DNA of 64,000 nucleotides from Bacillota bacterium. Its GTDB lineage: Bacteria > Bacillota > Clostridia > Tissierellales > MES13. The translations under genes were made by a program, and so were the position numbers. Positions within the stretch are counted from its first letter, which is position 1. The number at the start of each line of letters is the position of its first letter. This document shows positions 40,076 to 49,806 of this stretch, in pieces. The stretch lies in contig VENA01000068.1 in NCBI GenBank assembly GCA_009711785.1, positions 10,067 through 74,066 on the forward strand, in the 5' to 3' direction. Below the pieces are notes generated by a model. The model made no database searches and was not told the DNA's origin. It worked only from the letters and a program-made list of their open reading frames with translations.

Positions 40076-40612
40076 ATGATTTATTACAAAGATGATGAGA
40101 TAAAAATAAGGGATGTATCTAGTGATGATATTAATTATTTGTTTATGTGGAATATAGATAAAGAATTAAATAAATATGACCCAAAACCAATACCTAAGAG
40201 TCCTCAAGAATTATTAGAAGAATGTAAAGTCTTTTGTAAAAAATTTGAAACTGAAATTATCAATCAGGATTTTATAAAAAGAAAATATAAATATTTTATA
40301 ATAACTAACCATAATGATTATCCTATTGGCTTTGTAAATTTATTTAGCATTGATAAGATAAAAAAACAGGGGGAAATGGGTGTAATAATTGGAGATAAGA
40401 GATATTTCAAAAAGGGTATAGCTTATAAGTCTATAAAGAATGTTATTGAGTACATATTTAATAATACAGATAATGAGAAGGTTTATATAGAAACTAGTGA
40501 ATTTAATATACCAGCACTTAAACTATTTGAAAAATTAGATTTTAAAAGGGTAGATGAATATATTGAAGATGATAAGTTTAAGTTTATAGTTATGGAAAAA
40601 GTAAAGTCTTAA
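40076..40612 (+). CDS. GNAT N-acetyltransferase (RimJ/RimL-like)
   Basis: RYFKKGIAYKSIKNVIEY motif. SD AGGGAGGAG. Confidence 0.75.
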   Translation: MIYYKDDEIKIRDVSSDDINYLFMWNIDKELNKYDPKPIPKSPQELLEECKVFCKKFETEIINQDFIKRKYKYFIITNHNDYPIGFVNLFSIDKIKKQGEMGVIIGDKRYFKKGIAYKSIKNVIEYIFNNTDNEKVYIETSEFNIPALKLFEKLDFKRVDEYIEDDKFKFIVMEKVKS

Positions 40613-40640
40613 TTTTTTATATTCCTAAAGGGGGGAATTT

Positions 40641-41186
40641 ATGCTAGAAAGGGAAACTGAAAGACTTATAGTTCGTAAGTTTAATAAAGAGGATTGGAAA
40701 GATTTATACGATTATTTATCAATTCCAGAGGTTGTAAAATATGAACCCTATAATGCATTTACTAAAAACGATTGTATAGAAGAAGCTAAATCTAGAGCTT
40801 ATGAACAAAGAGATATGTTTTGGGCAGTATGTCTTAAAAAAAGCAAAAAAATGATTGGACATGTTTATTTTGCTCAATTAGAGCCAGATAAATTAAAAAC
40901 TTGGACAATAGGATATGTTTTTAATCCTAAATACTATGGTAATGGATATGCAACTGAAGCATGTAAGTCTATTTTACAATATGGATTTAAAGTTAAAAAT
41001 GCCCATAGAATTGTTGCCGGTGTTTGTGCTGAGAATAAGCCATCATGGAAACTTCTTGAACGTTTATCAATGAGAAAAGAAGCACATTTTATTAAAAATA
41101 TTTTCTTTAAAAAAACATTAGATGGAAAACCTATATGGAATGATGCTTTTAGATATGCTATGCTTTCAACTGAATATGATGGTTAA
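40641..41186 (+). CDS. GNAT N-acetyltransferase (RimJ/RimL-like)
   Basis: TERLIVRKF and YYGNGYATEACKSILQY. SD AGGGGGGA. Confidence 0.8.
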   Translation: MLERETERLIVRKFNKEDWKDLYDYLSIPEVVKYEPYNAFTKNDCIEEAKSRAYEQRDMFWAVCLKKSKKMIGHVYFAQLEPDKLKTWTIGYVFNPKYYGNGYATEACKSILQYGFKVKNAHRIVAGVCAENKPSWKLLERLSMRKEAHFIKNIFFKKTLDGKPIWNDAFRYAMLSTEYDG

Positions 41187-41204
41187 ATATAAAAGGAGGA
41201 TTAT

Positions 41205-41945
41205 ATGACTAAAAATATAGAACTTAAAGAATTTCCACGTTCTCAAAAGTATGATTTTGAGTGGATGTGTAAAAATGAAATGGGACCTAATTCAATATGG
41301 CTAACAGAATTTCTAACAAATGAAATGGATTTAAAACCAGGTATGAAAGTACTAGATATAGGATGTGGCATGGCTATGAGTTCAATTTTTCTTGCAAAAG
41401 AGTTTGGAGTAGAGGTATGGGCCACTGATTTGTGGATTAGTGCTACTGATAATTTAAAACGTATTAAAAATGAAGGTTTAGAAGATCAAATTTATCCTAT
41501 CCATGCTGATGTACATTCACTTCCTTTTCCATATGATTTTTTCGATGCTATAGTTAGCATTGGTGCATATCATTATTTTGGTACAGATGAAATTTTCTTT
41601 TTAGAGTTTTCTAAATATTTAAAATCTAATGGACAAATAGGGATAGTAGTGCCTGGATTATTAAATGAATTTGATAATGTACCTAATGAATTAAGAGATG
41701 TTTGGGATAATGAATTTTATACTTTTCATTCGATAGACTGGTGGAGAAGACACTTAGAAAAGACTGGGTTAGTTAAGATAGAAAAAGCAGATACATTACC
41801 AAATAGTTGGGATATTTGGATGAAGTGGGAAAAGGCTCTGAAGGAATCAGGATTATGTAAACGTAATGGTGATACTGAGTTATTACTTGCTGATAATGGA
41901 AAGTATCTAACTTTTCCAAGACTAATTGCTCGTAAAAAAATTTAG
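41205..41945 (+). CDS. Class I SAM-dependent methyltransferase
   Basis: Motif I KVLDIGCGMAMSSIFLAKEFG. Acidic post-I residue (ATD). SD AAGGAGGA. Confidence 0.8.
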   Translation: MTKNIELKEFPRSQKYDFEWMCKNEMGPNSIWLTEFLTNEMDLKPGMKVLDIGCGMAMSSIFLAKEFGVEVWATDLWISATDNLKRIKNEGLEDQIYPIHADVHSLPFPYDFFDAIVSIGAYHYFGTDEIFFLEFSKYLKSNGQIGIVVPGLLNEFDNVPNELRDVWDNEFYTFHSIDWWRRHLEKTGLVKIEKADTLPNSWDIWMKWEKALKESGLCKRNGDTELLLADNGKYLTFPRLIARKKI

Positions 41946-41981
41946 TAATAAATTTAATATGAAAAGGAAGGTTTACTTGTA

Positions 41982-42509
41982 ATGGAAAATAATACTATAG
42001 AAACAGAAAACTTAATTTTACGTCCTTTTAATATGGAAGATGTATCAGATGTCTTTATATTAAGTCAAGAAGAAAGTATACATAAGTGGATACCCGATCA
42101 AGTTTATAAAGACAAACACGAGACAAAAGAGGTATTAAACTTTTTAATATCTCAATATAAAGAGATACCTACACCTAATGAGAGTCCATATGTTATAGGA
42201 ATTGTTTTGAAAGAAACAAACGAACTTATTGGTCATATAGGTTTAAGTCCAATAGATGAAGATGTAGAAATTGGTTATGCTATTGGTGAAAATTTTCAAG
42301 GGAATGGTTATGCCACAGAAGCTATTAAAAGTATAACAAGTTGGGCCTTTAAAAACCTTAAGGTGTCGAAAATATTGGGAATTGTGGATAGTAATAATAA
42401 AGCATCCTGGAAAGCTTTAGAAAAATCAGATTTTGATTTTGTAGATGAAAGCAAAAGAGAGGCTTTTGGTAGGGATACTTTATGTAGAATATATCAAACA
42501 TCAAAGTAA
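41982..42509 (+). CDS. GNAT N-acetyltransferase (RimJ/RimL-like)
   Basis: TENLILRPF and FQGNGYATEAIKSITSW. Confidence 0.8.
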   Translation: MENNTIETENLILRPFNMEDVSDVFILSQEESIHKWIPDQVYKDKHETKEVLNFLISQYKEIPTPNESPYVIGIVLKETNELIGHIGLSPIDEDVEIGYAIGENFQGNGYATEAIKSITSWAFKNLKVSKILGIVDSNNKASWKALEKSDFDFVDESKREAFGRDTLCRIYQTSK

Positions 42510-42536
42510 TAATTAGTAAATAAAAGGGGATTAGTT

Positions 42537-43127
42537 ATGAAATTACCGTTTATTAAAGGGAAAATTTTACTTACGCAGGAAAGATTAGATTTTATAAAAA
42601 ATACTAGAGGAGGAAGTTCTGGTGTATTTGCAGGAGGATTATTTTGGATTTTAGCAGTAATTGTTTCTTTAGTGACTTCAAAGGAAATTGCTTCTATTTA
42701 TTATATATTTGGAGGTATCTTTATAATTCCTATAGTGGGTAGTATAATATCCAAAATTTCCGGTGCTAAAATTGAGAAGAGCTCATATAATTTATTGGTT
42801 ATAATTACAAATATGCTATTTGCATTTTTATACCCTTTAATTGTAATAATTCAATCTTATAAATTAGATTATATTCCTTCTACAATAGCTTTAATAAATG
42901 CAGCACATTTATTAATATTTGTTTGGATACATTATGAATTTTTACACCTTATTTTAGCCCTTTTAGGATTTATTATTAGTTCAATATTTATTTTTATATT
43001 TCCTGAAGTAGCATATATCGGTGTAGGAGGGTTAAGTGCACTAGTCAATTTAGTATTTGGGTATTTAATATATAAATCTACAGAGAAACCTTTATCAGAC
43101 TATAATTACAAAGTAGTTGATAAATAA
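42537..43127 (+). CDS. Polytopic membrane protein, unknown function
   Basis: About 5 TM helices. SD AAAGGGGA. Confidence 0.6.
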   Translation: MKLPFIKGKILLTQERLDFIKNTRGGSSGVFAGGLFWILAVIVSLVTSKEIASIYYIFGGIFIIPIVGSIISKISGAKIEKSSYNLLVIITNMLFAFLYPLIVIIQSYKLDYIPSTIALINAAHLLIFVWIHYEFLHLILALLGFIISSIFIFIFPEVAYIGVGGLSALVNLVFGYLIYKSTEKPLSDYNYKVVDK

Positions 43128-43131
43128 TTTT

Positions 43132-44142
43132 ATGTTTATAAAGAAAGGAGTGGGATTTATTTTAAATAAAATAAAATTTGTTTTGCTTATATTACTTTTG
43201 ATTTTAGCTTTAATTATAATCTTCTTCACTTTTAAATTTTATAAAGATAAGGAAATTGTAAACAGACAAATGAAGGAAATTAATATAAGCAAATTTCAAA
43301 ACGTAGATAGTGTTAAGAATCTAAGTATATTACCTATAGTTGAGTATGATACGAAGAATAGTGATTTATTAACTGAAGCAGGGGTTTCATACTTAATTAA
43401 AGCTGATAATAGAACTATTTTATTTGATGTAGGATTTAATAAAAATAATGAACACCCTTCTATATTATTAAAAAATATGAAGTATTTAAATATTAATATT
43501 AACGAAATAGATGATATTTTTATTTCACACAATCACCCTGATCACACTGGAGGACATGGATTAGATGGAACATTTTCCTTATCTAAAGAAAATGTTAAGT
43601 TAGAAAATGTTATAGCATATACGCCGGAAAAAATGGAATATAATAATACTAAAATAAAGGTAGTTAATAAACCAAAAAGATTATCTAAAGGTATATATAG
43701 TACAGGAACTATAAGTAGAGCTATATGGCTTATGGGTATTACTAAAGAACAAACATTAGCTATTAATTTAGAAAATAAGGGCATTGTTTTAATAATTGGT
43801 TGTGGTCATCCTTCTATTAAAAGTATTATAAAAAGAGCAGAAGATATATTTGATGAACCTATTTATGGAGTAATAGGAGGTTTACATTATCCTATATCTA
43901 ATAAACTTAGTTATAAATCAATAGTTCAAAATATAGCTGCACCTAAACTTCCTTGGAAGGGATATAAAAAATCAGAAGTCTATAATTCAATTGATTTATT
44001 AATAAAAAAAGATGTAAAGGTAGTTGGAATATCTCCCCATGATAGTTCTAAATGGACTATTAATCAATTTAAAGATAGATTCAAAAGTAGATATAAAAAT
44101 ATAGTTGTTGGTAAGAAAATTGATTTTAAAATAGATAATTAG
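43132..44142 (+). CDS. Membrane-anchored MBL-fold metallo-hydrolase
   Basis: HxHxDH motif SHNHPDHTGG, later GCGHPS and GGLHY. N-terminal TM helix. Start uncertain: ATG 43132 chosen. Confidence 0.7.
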   Translation: MFIKKGVGFILNKIKFVLLILLLILALIIIFFTFKFYKDKEIVNRQMKEINISKFQNVDSVKNLSILPIVEYDTKNSDLLTEAGVSYLIKADNRTILFDVGFNKNNEHPSILLKNMKYLNININEIDDIFISHNHPDHTGGHGLDGTFSLSKENVKLENVIAYTPEKMEYNNTKIKVVNKPKRLSKGIYSTGTISRAIWLMGITKEQTLAINLENKGIVLIIGCGHPSIKSIIKRAEDIFDEPIYGVIGGLHYPISNKLSYKSIVQNIAAPKLPWKGYKKSEVYNSIDLLIKKDVKVVGISPHDSSKWTINQFKDRFKSRYKNIVVGKKIDFKIDN

Positions 44143-44253
44143 TTACCTATTAAGGATTTATTATTAAAAGGAAAGTACTAAGAATAAGTTTATATTAATT
44201 TTAAGAAAACTTATTATATTATAGAATATTTTAGAAATAGAGGATGAATCTAG

Positions 44254-44985
44254 ATGAAAGTAAAGAATAATAAAAGAGATAATCACAATGATTTAGAGAA
44301 AATTAAAATCTTAATAGTGGATGATGATCCTGAAATTACAGATCTTTTAGTTAGATATCTAGAAGTTGAAGGATATTTAGTAGATAAAGCTTATAATGGT
44401 AGCGATGCGTTAGAACTATTCAAAAAAAATGTCTATGATATGGTAATTACTGATATTATGATGCCAGGGCTAGATGGTTTAGATTTATTAAAAAAAATAA
44501 GAGAACTTCATAACCCAATAATAATACTTTTAACTGCAAAGGATAAAGAAGTTGATAGGGTTATCGGATTAAAATCCGGGGCAGATGATTATGTTGTTAA
44601 GCCTTTTTATATGAATGAGTTAATTGCAAGGATAGAATCCCATTTAAGAAGATATAATTTAGACAAAGAAAGAATAGAAAAATTGATTTTTAATAATTTA
44701 ATTATAGATACAACAAAAGCTATAGTAAAAAAAGGTGGAAGAGAAGTTAAACTTAGAGCAAAAGAATATGAGTTATTAGTATTTTTATCAAAAAATGAAT
44801 CTCAGGTATTTAGCAAAGGACAAATATTTAAAAATGTTTGGAAGGATGAATATTATGAAGATGATAACACTGTTATGGTACATATAAGAAGACTTAGAAG
44901 TAAGATTGAAGATGACCCTTCTAATCCTAAAATCATAAAGACTGTATGGGGATTAGGCTATAAGTTTGTTGGTAATTGTAAATAA
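44254..44985 (+). CDS. OmpR-family response regulator
   Basis: Receiver (ILIVDDDPEI .. TDIMMPGLDG .. LTAKD) and winged-helix output (TVWGLGYKF). Confidence 0.9.
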   Translation: MKVKNNKRDNHNDLEKIKILIVDDDPEITDLLVRYLEVEGYLVDKAYNGSDALELFKKNVYDMVITDIMMPGLDGLDLLKKIRELHNPIIILLTAKDKEVDRVIGLKSGADDYVVKPFYMNELIARIESHLRRYNLDKERIEKLIFNNLIIDTTKAIVKKGGREVKLRAKEYELLVFLSKNESQVFSKGQIFKNVWKDEYYEDDNTVMVHIRRLRSKIEDDPSNPKIIKTVWGLGYKFVGNCK

Positions 44986-45014
44986 GAAAAATTACATTAG
45001 AAAGGATAAGTTAT

Positions 45015-45932
45015 ATGAATTTAAACGTTTTATTATTTATTTTATTAATTATTACGATTTTTTATATAATTAATTTGAGATATAATTACACTAAAAATGA
45101 AGAAGAAAGAGAGATAATAATTAGAAGGGTTTTAGACGGTAATTTAAATTCTAGATTATTATCTAATGATAAATCAAATTATTCTAATGTAAATTTTCTT
45201 ATTAATCAGTTGATTGAAAATTATCAATCACATATTATAAAAATGGATAACAATGAAAAAAGAAGAAAAGAGCTTCTTTCTAATATATCACATGATATAA
45301 GAACACCTTTAACTTCAATAATTGGATATCTTGATGCGATAGAAAGTTCTATAGCTAAAACGAATAAAGAAAAGAAAAAATATCTAGAGATTGCAAATAA
45401 TAGATCAAGACAATTAAAAATTACTTTAGATGATATTTTTGAACTTGCAAAGGCAAATTCAAATGAAATAGTTCTAAATAAGAGAATATTAAATATAAAT
45501 TCTATTCTTACAGATACTTTAATTGAGTTTATCCCTATTTTAGAAGAGGAAAATATAAATTTAATAAATAATATCATTAATGAAGATGTTTATATTTACG
45601 CAGATGAGTATTCAATTAAAAGGGTCATTAGAAACTTAATTAATAATGCAATATCCCATGGAAAAGATGGAGGTATTATTGGGGTTGATAGTAAAATATT
45701 GAAAAAGCGATATTATATTAATATATGGGATAAGGGAGTAGGTATTAAAGATGATATAGAGAAGATTTTTTTAAGATTACATAAAAGGAATTTAACTAAT
45801 GGTAAAAACAGTGGTCTAGGTCTTGCTATAGCTAAAGCCCTTGTTGAAAAAAATGATGGATCAATTTCAGTAGAAAGTATACCCAATGAAAAGACTAGTT
45901 TTATAGTTAGTTTCCCTGTGATAAAAAAATAG
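45015..45932 (+). CDS. Short sensor histidine kinase (single N-terminal TM, no extracellular domain)
   Basis: H-box SNISHDIRTPLTSI, N-box LINNAISHG, G-box SGLGLAIAKALVE. Only 305 aa. Confidence 0.85.
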   Translation: MNLNVLLFILLIITIFYIINLRYNYTKNEEEREIIIRRVLDGNLNSRLLSNDKSNYSNVNFLINQLIENYQSHIIKMDNNEKRRKELLSNISHDIRTPLTSIIGYLDAIESSIAKTNKEKKKYLEIANNRSRQLKITLDDIFELAKANSNEIVLNKRILNINSILTDTLIEFIPILEEENINLINNIINEDVYIYADEYSIKRVIRNLINNAISHGKDGGIIGVDSKILKKRYYINIWDKGVGIKDDIEKIFLRLHKRNLTNGKNSGLGLAIAKALVEKNDGSISVESIPNEKTSFIVSFPVIKK

Positions 45933-45965
45933 AGAAACTTACACGCTAAATTTTATAAAATTTTG

Positions 45966-45984
45966 ATTTAAGAAAAATTTAAGA
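45966..45984 (+). promoter_or_regulatory. Direct repeat ATTTAAGA-N3-ATTTAAGA, candidate response-regulator binding site upstream of uppP
   Basis: Two identical octamers with 11-bp periodicity (45966-45973, 45977-45984). They lie just upstream of a promoter with a good -10 (TATAAT 46016-46021) but no recognisable -35. Confidence 0.4.
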
Positions 45985-46101
45985 TTTAGTTAAATGGCAT
46001 GTAAGATTATCTGAATATAATATAGTTAGTAAGATATTCGCACTGAATTATTTAAGGTGCGAATCTTTTAATTACTAAAGAAGATATTGAGGGGGAATTA
46101 T

Positions 46102-46980
46102 GTGACTTTATTTCAAGGAATTTTCATGGGTATAATACAAGGATTAACAGAGTTTTTACCTGTTAGTAGTTCAGGTCATTTAGCAATATCAAGATATATA
46201 TTCAGACTACATTTTGATAACATATTATTTGAAGTTTTACTCCATATTGGTACACTTATTGCGATAATTACAGTATATTATAAAGATGTTCTTAGTATGG
46301 TTTTAAACGGGATAAAAATAATAAAAAACGCATCTTTTTATTTGTATACTAAATTTATTATTAATTTTATTCTAAATAAAAAAGAAGAGTTACCTAAGAT
46401 AATTGTTACTAATGAAGAAAGGTTTGTAATGTTAATTATTATAGGAAGTATACCTACTGCAATTATTGGTCTTTTGTTAGAGAAAATAATTATCTTATCA
46501 TTTGATATGATATTAGTCCCAGGTATTTGTTTAATCATAACAGGTGGATTATTATCATATACAAGGAAAATTAAATTTGGTTTTAAAAAAGAGAAAGATA
46601 TATCTTATTTTGATGCTATTACAATAGGTGTTTTTCAAGGATTAGCCGCTTTACCAGGAATATCACGTTCTGGTAGTACTATAGTTGCAGGTTTAATAAA
46701 AGGATTAGATAGAGAATTAGCTGTGAAGTTTTCGCTTCTAATGTCTTTACCGGCAGTATTTGGAGCTATGTTATTACAATTTAAGGATATTCCACTAAGT
46801 TCTATTTCTAGTATTATAACACCACCTTATATAATTGGTACTCTTTTTTCAGCAATAGTGGGATATATATGTATTAAATTTTTATTAAAGCTAATAAGAA
46901 GAAACAAATTATATTACTTTGGGTACTATTGTTTAATATTAGGTACAATAGTAATTATTACATATTTTATTAACATATAA
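46102..46980 (+). CDS. uppP: Undecaprenyl-diphosphate phosphatase
   Basis: Signature GLTEFLPVSSSGHL and PGISRSG. Start moved to GTG 46102 (SD GAGGGGG). Confidence 0.9.
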   Translation: MTLFQGIFMGIIQGLTEFLPVSSSGHLAISRYIFRLHFDNILFEVLLHIGTLIAIITVYYKDVLSMVLNGIKIIKNASFYLYTKFIINFILNKKEELPKIIVTNEERFVMLIIIGSIPTAIIGLLLEKIIILSFDMILVPGICLIITGGLLSYTRKIKFGFKKEKDISYFDAITIGVFQGLAALPGISRSGSTIVAGLIKGLDRELAVKFSLLMSLPAVFGAMLLQFKDIPLSSISSIITPPYIIGTLFSAIVGYICIKFLLKLIRRNKLYYFGYYCLILGTIVIITYFINI

Positions 46981-47016
46981 AATACAGACTTTACTTAAAA
47001 TATTGGAGGTGCATTT

Positions 47017-47925
47017 ATGGATATAATTTCAACTAATGGCTTGACAAAAAAATATAAAAATCAGATTGTTGTAGATAATCTAAATCTTAATGTGAAAAAG
47101 GGTGAAATATATGGTTTTCTTGGCAATAACGGAGCAGGGAAAACAACAACAATGAAAATGCTTTTAGGGCTAACAGAACCTACATCAGGAAGTATTAATT
47201 TATTTGGAGAAGACATAAAAAGAAAAAATAAGCTACTAAAAAGAGTCGGCTCATTAATAGAATATCCAGGGTTTTATGGAAATCTTACGGCATATGAAAA
47301 TCTTAAAATATTTGCTGACTTATACGGTGTTTCAAAGCCTAAAAAGATAGATGAACTTTTAGAAATTGGAGGACTTTCTCAATATAAAAATAAGTTAGTT
47401 AGAAAATTCTCTATGGGAATGAAACAGCGTCTAGGTATTATAAGAACACTTATTAATGATCCAGAACTTTTAATACTTGATGAGCCAATTAATGGTCTAG
47501 ATCCCAATGGAATTAAAGAAATAAGAGAATTTTTAGTATCCCTATCTACTGAAAAAAAATTAACTATTATGATTTCTAGTCATATACTTTCAGAAATAGA
47601 ACAAATGGCAGATAAAATTGGCATTTTACACAAGGGAGCACTTTGTGATGAGATTAATGTTAAAGAGTTTAAAAATAATGTGAATAAGTTTATTGAAATT
47701 AAAGTTAATAATGTTTTTGAAGCAGTAAGGATATTAGAAGAAAAGCTAAATATTTATTCCTATGAAGTTAGAAAGGATGAAATAATTATATTTGAAAGAA
47801 TTAATGATTCTCATATAATAAATAAAACTTTGATTGACAAAGGATTAAAGGTTACAAAATTATATGTAAATACGTTGTGCTTAGAATCTTATTTTACAGA
47901 TATCACAAAGGGGAGGGTTTGTTAA
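47017..47925 (+). CDS. ABC transporter ATP-binding protein (BcrA-like / ABC-2 type)
   Basis: Walker A GNNGAGKTT, signature FSMGMKQRLG, Walker B LILDEP. Confidence 0.9.
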   Translation: MDIISTNGLTKKYKNQIVVDNLNLNVKKGEIYGFLGNNGAGKTTTMKMLLGLTEPTSGSINLFGEDIKRKNKLLKRVGSLIEYPGFYGNLTAYENLKIFADLYGVSKPKKIDELLEIGGLSQYKNKLVRKFSMGMKQRLGIIRTLINDPELLILDEPINGLDPNGIKEIREFLVSLSTEKKLTIMISSHILSEIEQMADKIGILHKGALCDEINVKEFKNNVNKFIEIKVNNVFEAVRILEEKLNIYSYEVRKDEIIIFERINDSHIINKTLIDKGLKVTKLYVNTLCLESYFTDITKGRVC

Positions 47926-48671
47926 TGATAGTTTTAATAAAAACAGAGTTATTGAAATTGAAACGCTCTTATATGTTTTTAATGTGTATAATAGGTTCAA
48001 TATGTGCACCATTTCTAAATTGGTTTGTATTTATAAATAGTGGAAATAGTGAAGGAATAAAAGCTCAATTTTTAGAGTATATGATACAAACAAATTTATT
48101 TATTTCTATGATTATTGGAATCCTTCTGTATGGATTATTTACAACATATATATTTGAAAGAGAATTTACAGATAACATGTATAAGCATGTATTTACAATC
48201 CCTATTAGTAAGAGTGATTTATTAATAAGTAAAATAATTGTAGTGATGATTGCTTTATTGATTTTAACTATAACATCCTACTGTTTTGGGATTATATTTA
48301 GTTTGCTGGGTGGTTTTTTAAATATAAATATGGCTAATATAATAAATAGTTTGATTTTTTATTTGAAATCTTATTTAATTTTTATACCATTAATGATACC
48401 AATTATTTTAGTTACTCTTATTTTTAGAGGATTTGTTGCACCTATTGCATTTAGTATAATTGTTGAAATAATTCTTTTTATAGTATGTCAGTCAAAATAT
48501 ATTGCCTTTTATCCCTGGTCAGCTCCTATTTTATTAGGTACCAATATAAAAAAGAACTTTGAATTTGCTATGATAGGAAATAGTAGTTATAATATGATTT
48601 CTGCTGTAGTTATAGGTATAATATCCTTTATAGCTTGCTTGATATATCTTAATAAAAAAGAAATAGTATAA
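47925..48671 (+). CDS. ABC-2 type permease (BcrB-like)
   Basis: Six hydrophobic helices. ATG 47925 overlaps the upstream TAA by 1 nt (TAATG). SD GGGGAGGG. Confidence 0.75.
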   Translation: MIVLIKTELLKLKRSYMFLMCIIGSICAPFLNWFVFINSGNSEGIKAQFLEYMIQTNLFISMIIGILLYGLFTTYIFEREFTDNMYKHVFTIPISKSDLLISKIIVVMIALLILTITSYCFGIIFSLLGGFLNINMANIINSLIFYLKSYLIFIPLMIPIILVTLIFRGFVAPIAFSIIVEIILFIVCQSKYIAFYPWSAPILLGTNIKKNFEFAMIGNSSYNMISAVVIGIISFIACLIYLNKKEIV

Positions 48672-48773
48672 AAAATGATACCCTAAAGAATTTAGTTATA
48701 TAACTGTATTGAAAAAAATACCAGAAATGGTATAATGAGATTGTTAACTAAATAAGTTTAAAAGGGGTATAAA

Positions 48774-49661
48774 ATGAAAAAGAAAATTGTTATTCTAGTA
48801 ATCATGTCATTATTCATATTAGGTGCATGTAAAAATACAAAAGAATTTAATGAAACAAATAGAAATTATAAAGAGGATATATTAGCTGAGTGGGAAATAA
48901 TAGATGTTGACTTTGATAAGAGTGAAATTGATGAAAAGAATGTAGATACTAATTTAAATAAAAAAGATTATTTAAAAAGAAAAATAATCTTTACAAATGC
49001 AAATACTGAGTTATGGGAGTTATGGAGTAAGAAAGATCCTGAATTGATAATGCTTTATAGTTCATTTATTCCTTATAAGTGTAAATGGATAGATGAAGAT
49101 ACTTTATCTTATACTGCAACAACTGATTATGACCCATCAAAAGTAGTTGAAATTAAATATGATGTAAGTATTAAAGAAGATATTTTAACTTTAAAGGATA
49201 ATTATTTAAATACTACAATAGTTCTTAAGAAAATAGGAGAAGGAATACAAAGTAAAGATATAAAAACTACGGGTAATATGAAGAAAGACATTAAAGGAGA
49301 ATGGATAATTATAAATAAAGAAAAACATGATCATTTACTTATAAATATAGATGAAAAACACAAGGATTGGCTTGAAAATATGGAACTTGGAAGTTATATG
49401 GGTAGTTTAGATAAGTTGTTCTCTTTATATAATCAGGTTGAATTTTCAAATGATGGTTTTAAATTTACTAACTTTTATAAGTATAAAAATGATACTTTAA
49501 ATAAAGAGAATATTAGTACTGAATGGATAGATGACGATAAATTATATTTAAATTTTAAAGACTTATTTTTAAAAACAGAATTTAATGTGTCTTTAAAGGG
49601 AAATGTTTTAATTTTAGATAATGATTATGGTTTTATTATAAAATTACTTAAAATAAAATAA
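48774..49661 (+). CDS. Putative lipoprotein, unknown function
   Basis: The signal peptide ends in the lipobox LGAC. SD AAAGGGG. Confidence 0.65.
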   Translation: MKKKIVILVIMSLFILGACKNTKEFNETNRNYKEDILAEWEIIDVDFDKSEIDEKNVDTNLNKKDYLKRKIIFTNANTELWELWSKKDPELIMLYSSFIPYKCKWIDEDTLSYTATTDYDPSKVVEIKYDVSIKEDILTLKDNYLNTTIVLKKIGEGIQSKDIKTTGNMKKDIKGEWIIINKEKHDHLLINIDEKHKDWLENMELGSYMGSLDKLFSLYNQVEFSNDGFKFTNFYKYKNDTLNKENISTEWIDDDKLYLNFKDLFLKTEFNVSLKGNVLILDNDYGFIIKLLKIK

Positions 49662-49669
49662 TATATTTA

Positions 49670-49722
49670 AAAAAGCTTTAATAAATGGGATAACTATTTA
49701 TTAAAGCTTTTTTATTTTTATA
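49670..49722 (+). terminator. Intrinsic terminator
   Basis: AAAAGCTTTAATAAAT / ATTTATTAAAGCTTTT 16-bp stem plus a T-run. Confidence 0.8.
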
Positions 49723-49806
49723 AAGAAAAAACAAATATATCTAAAAACTAGTTAATAGAATATAATAAGCGTCTAATTTTAATATGATAGAAAGGAGCTT
49801 TTTATA

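Noticed and set aside
45224-45577. 117-aa minus-strand ORF
   Set aside because: It is antisense to the histidine kinase gene, including its H-box region.
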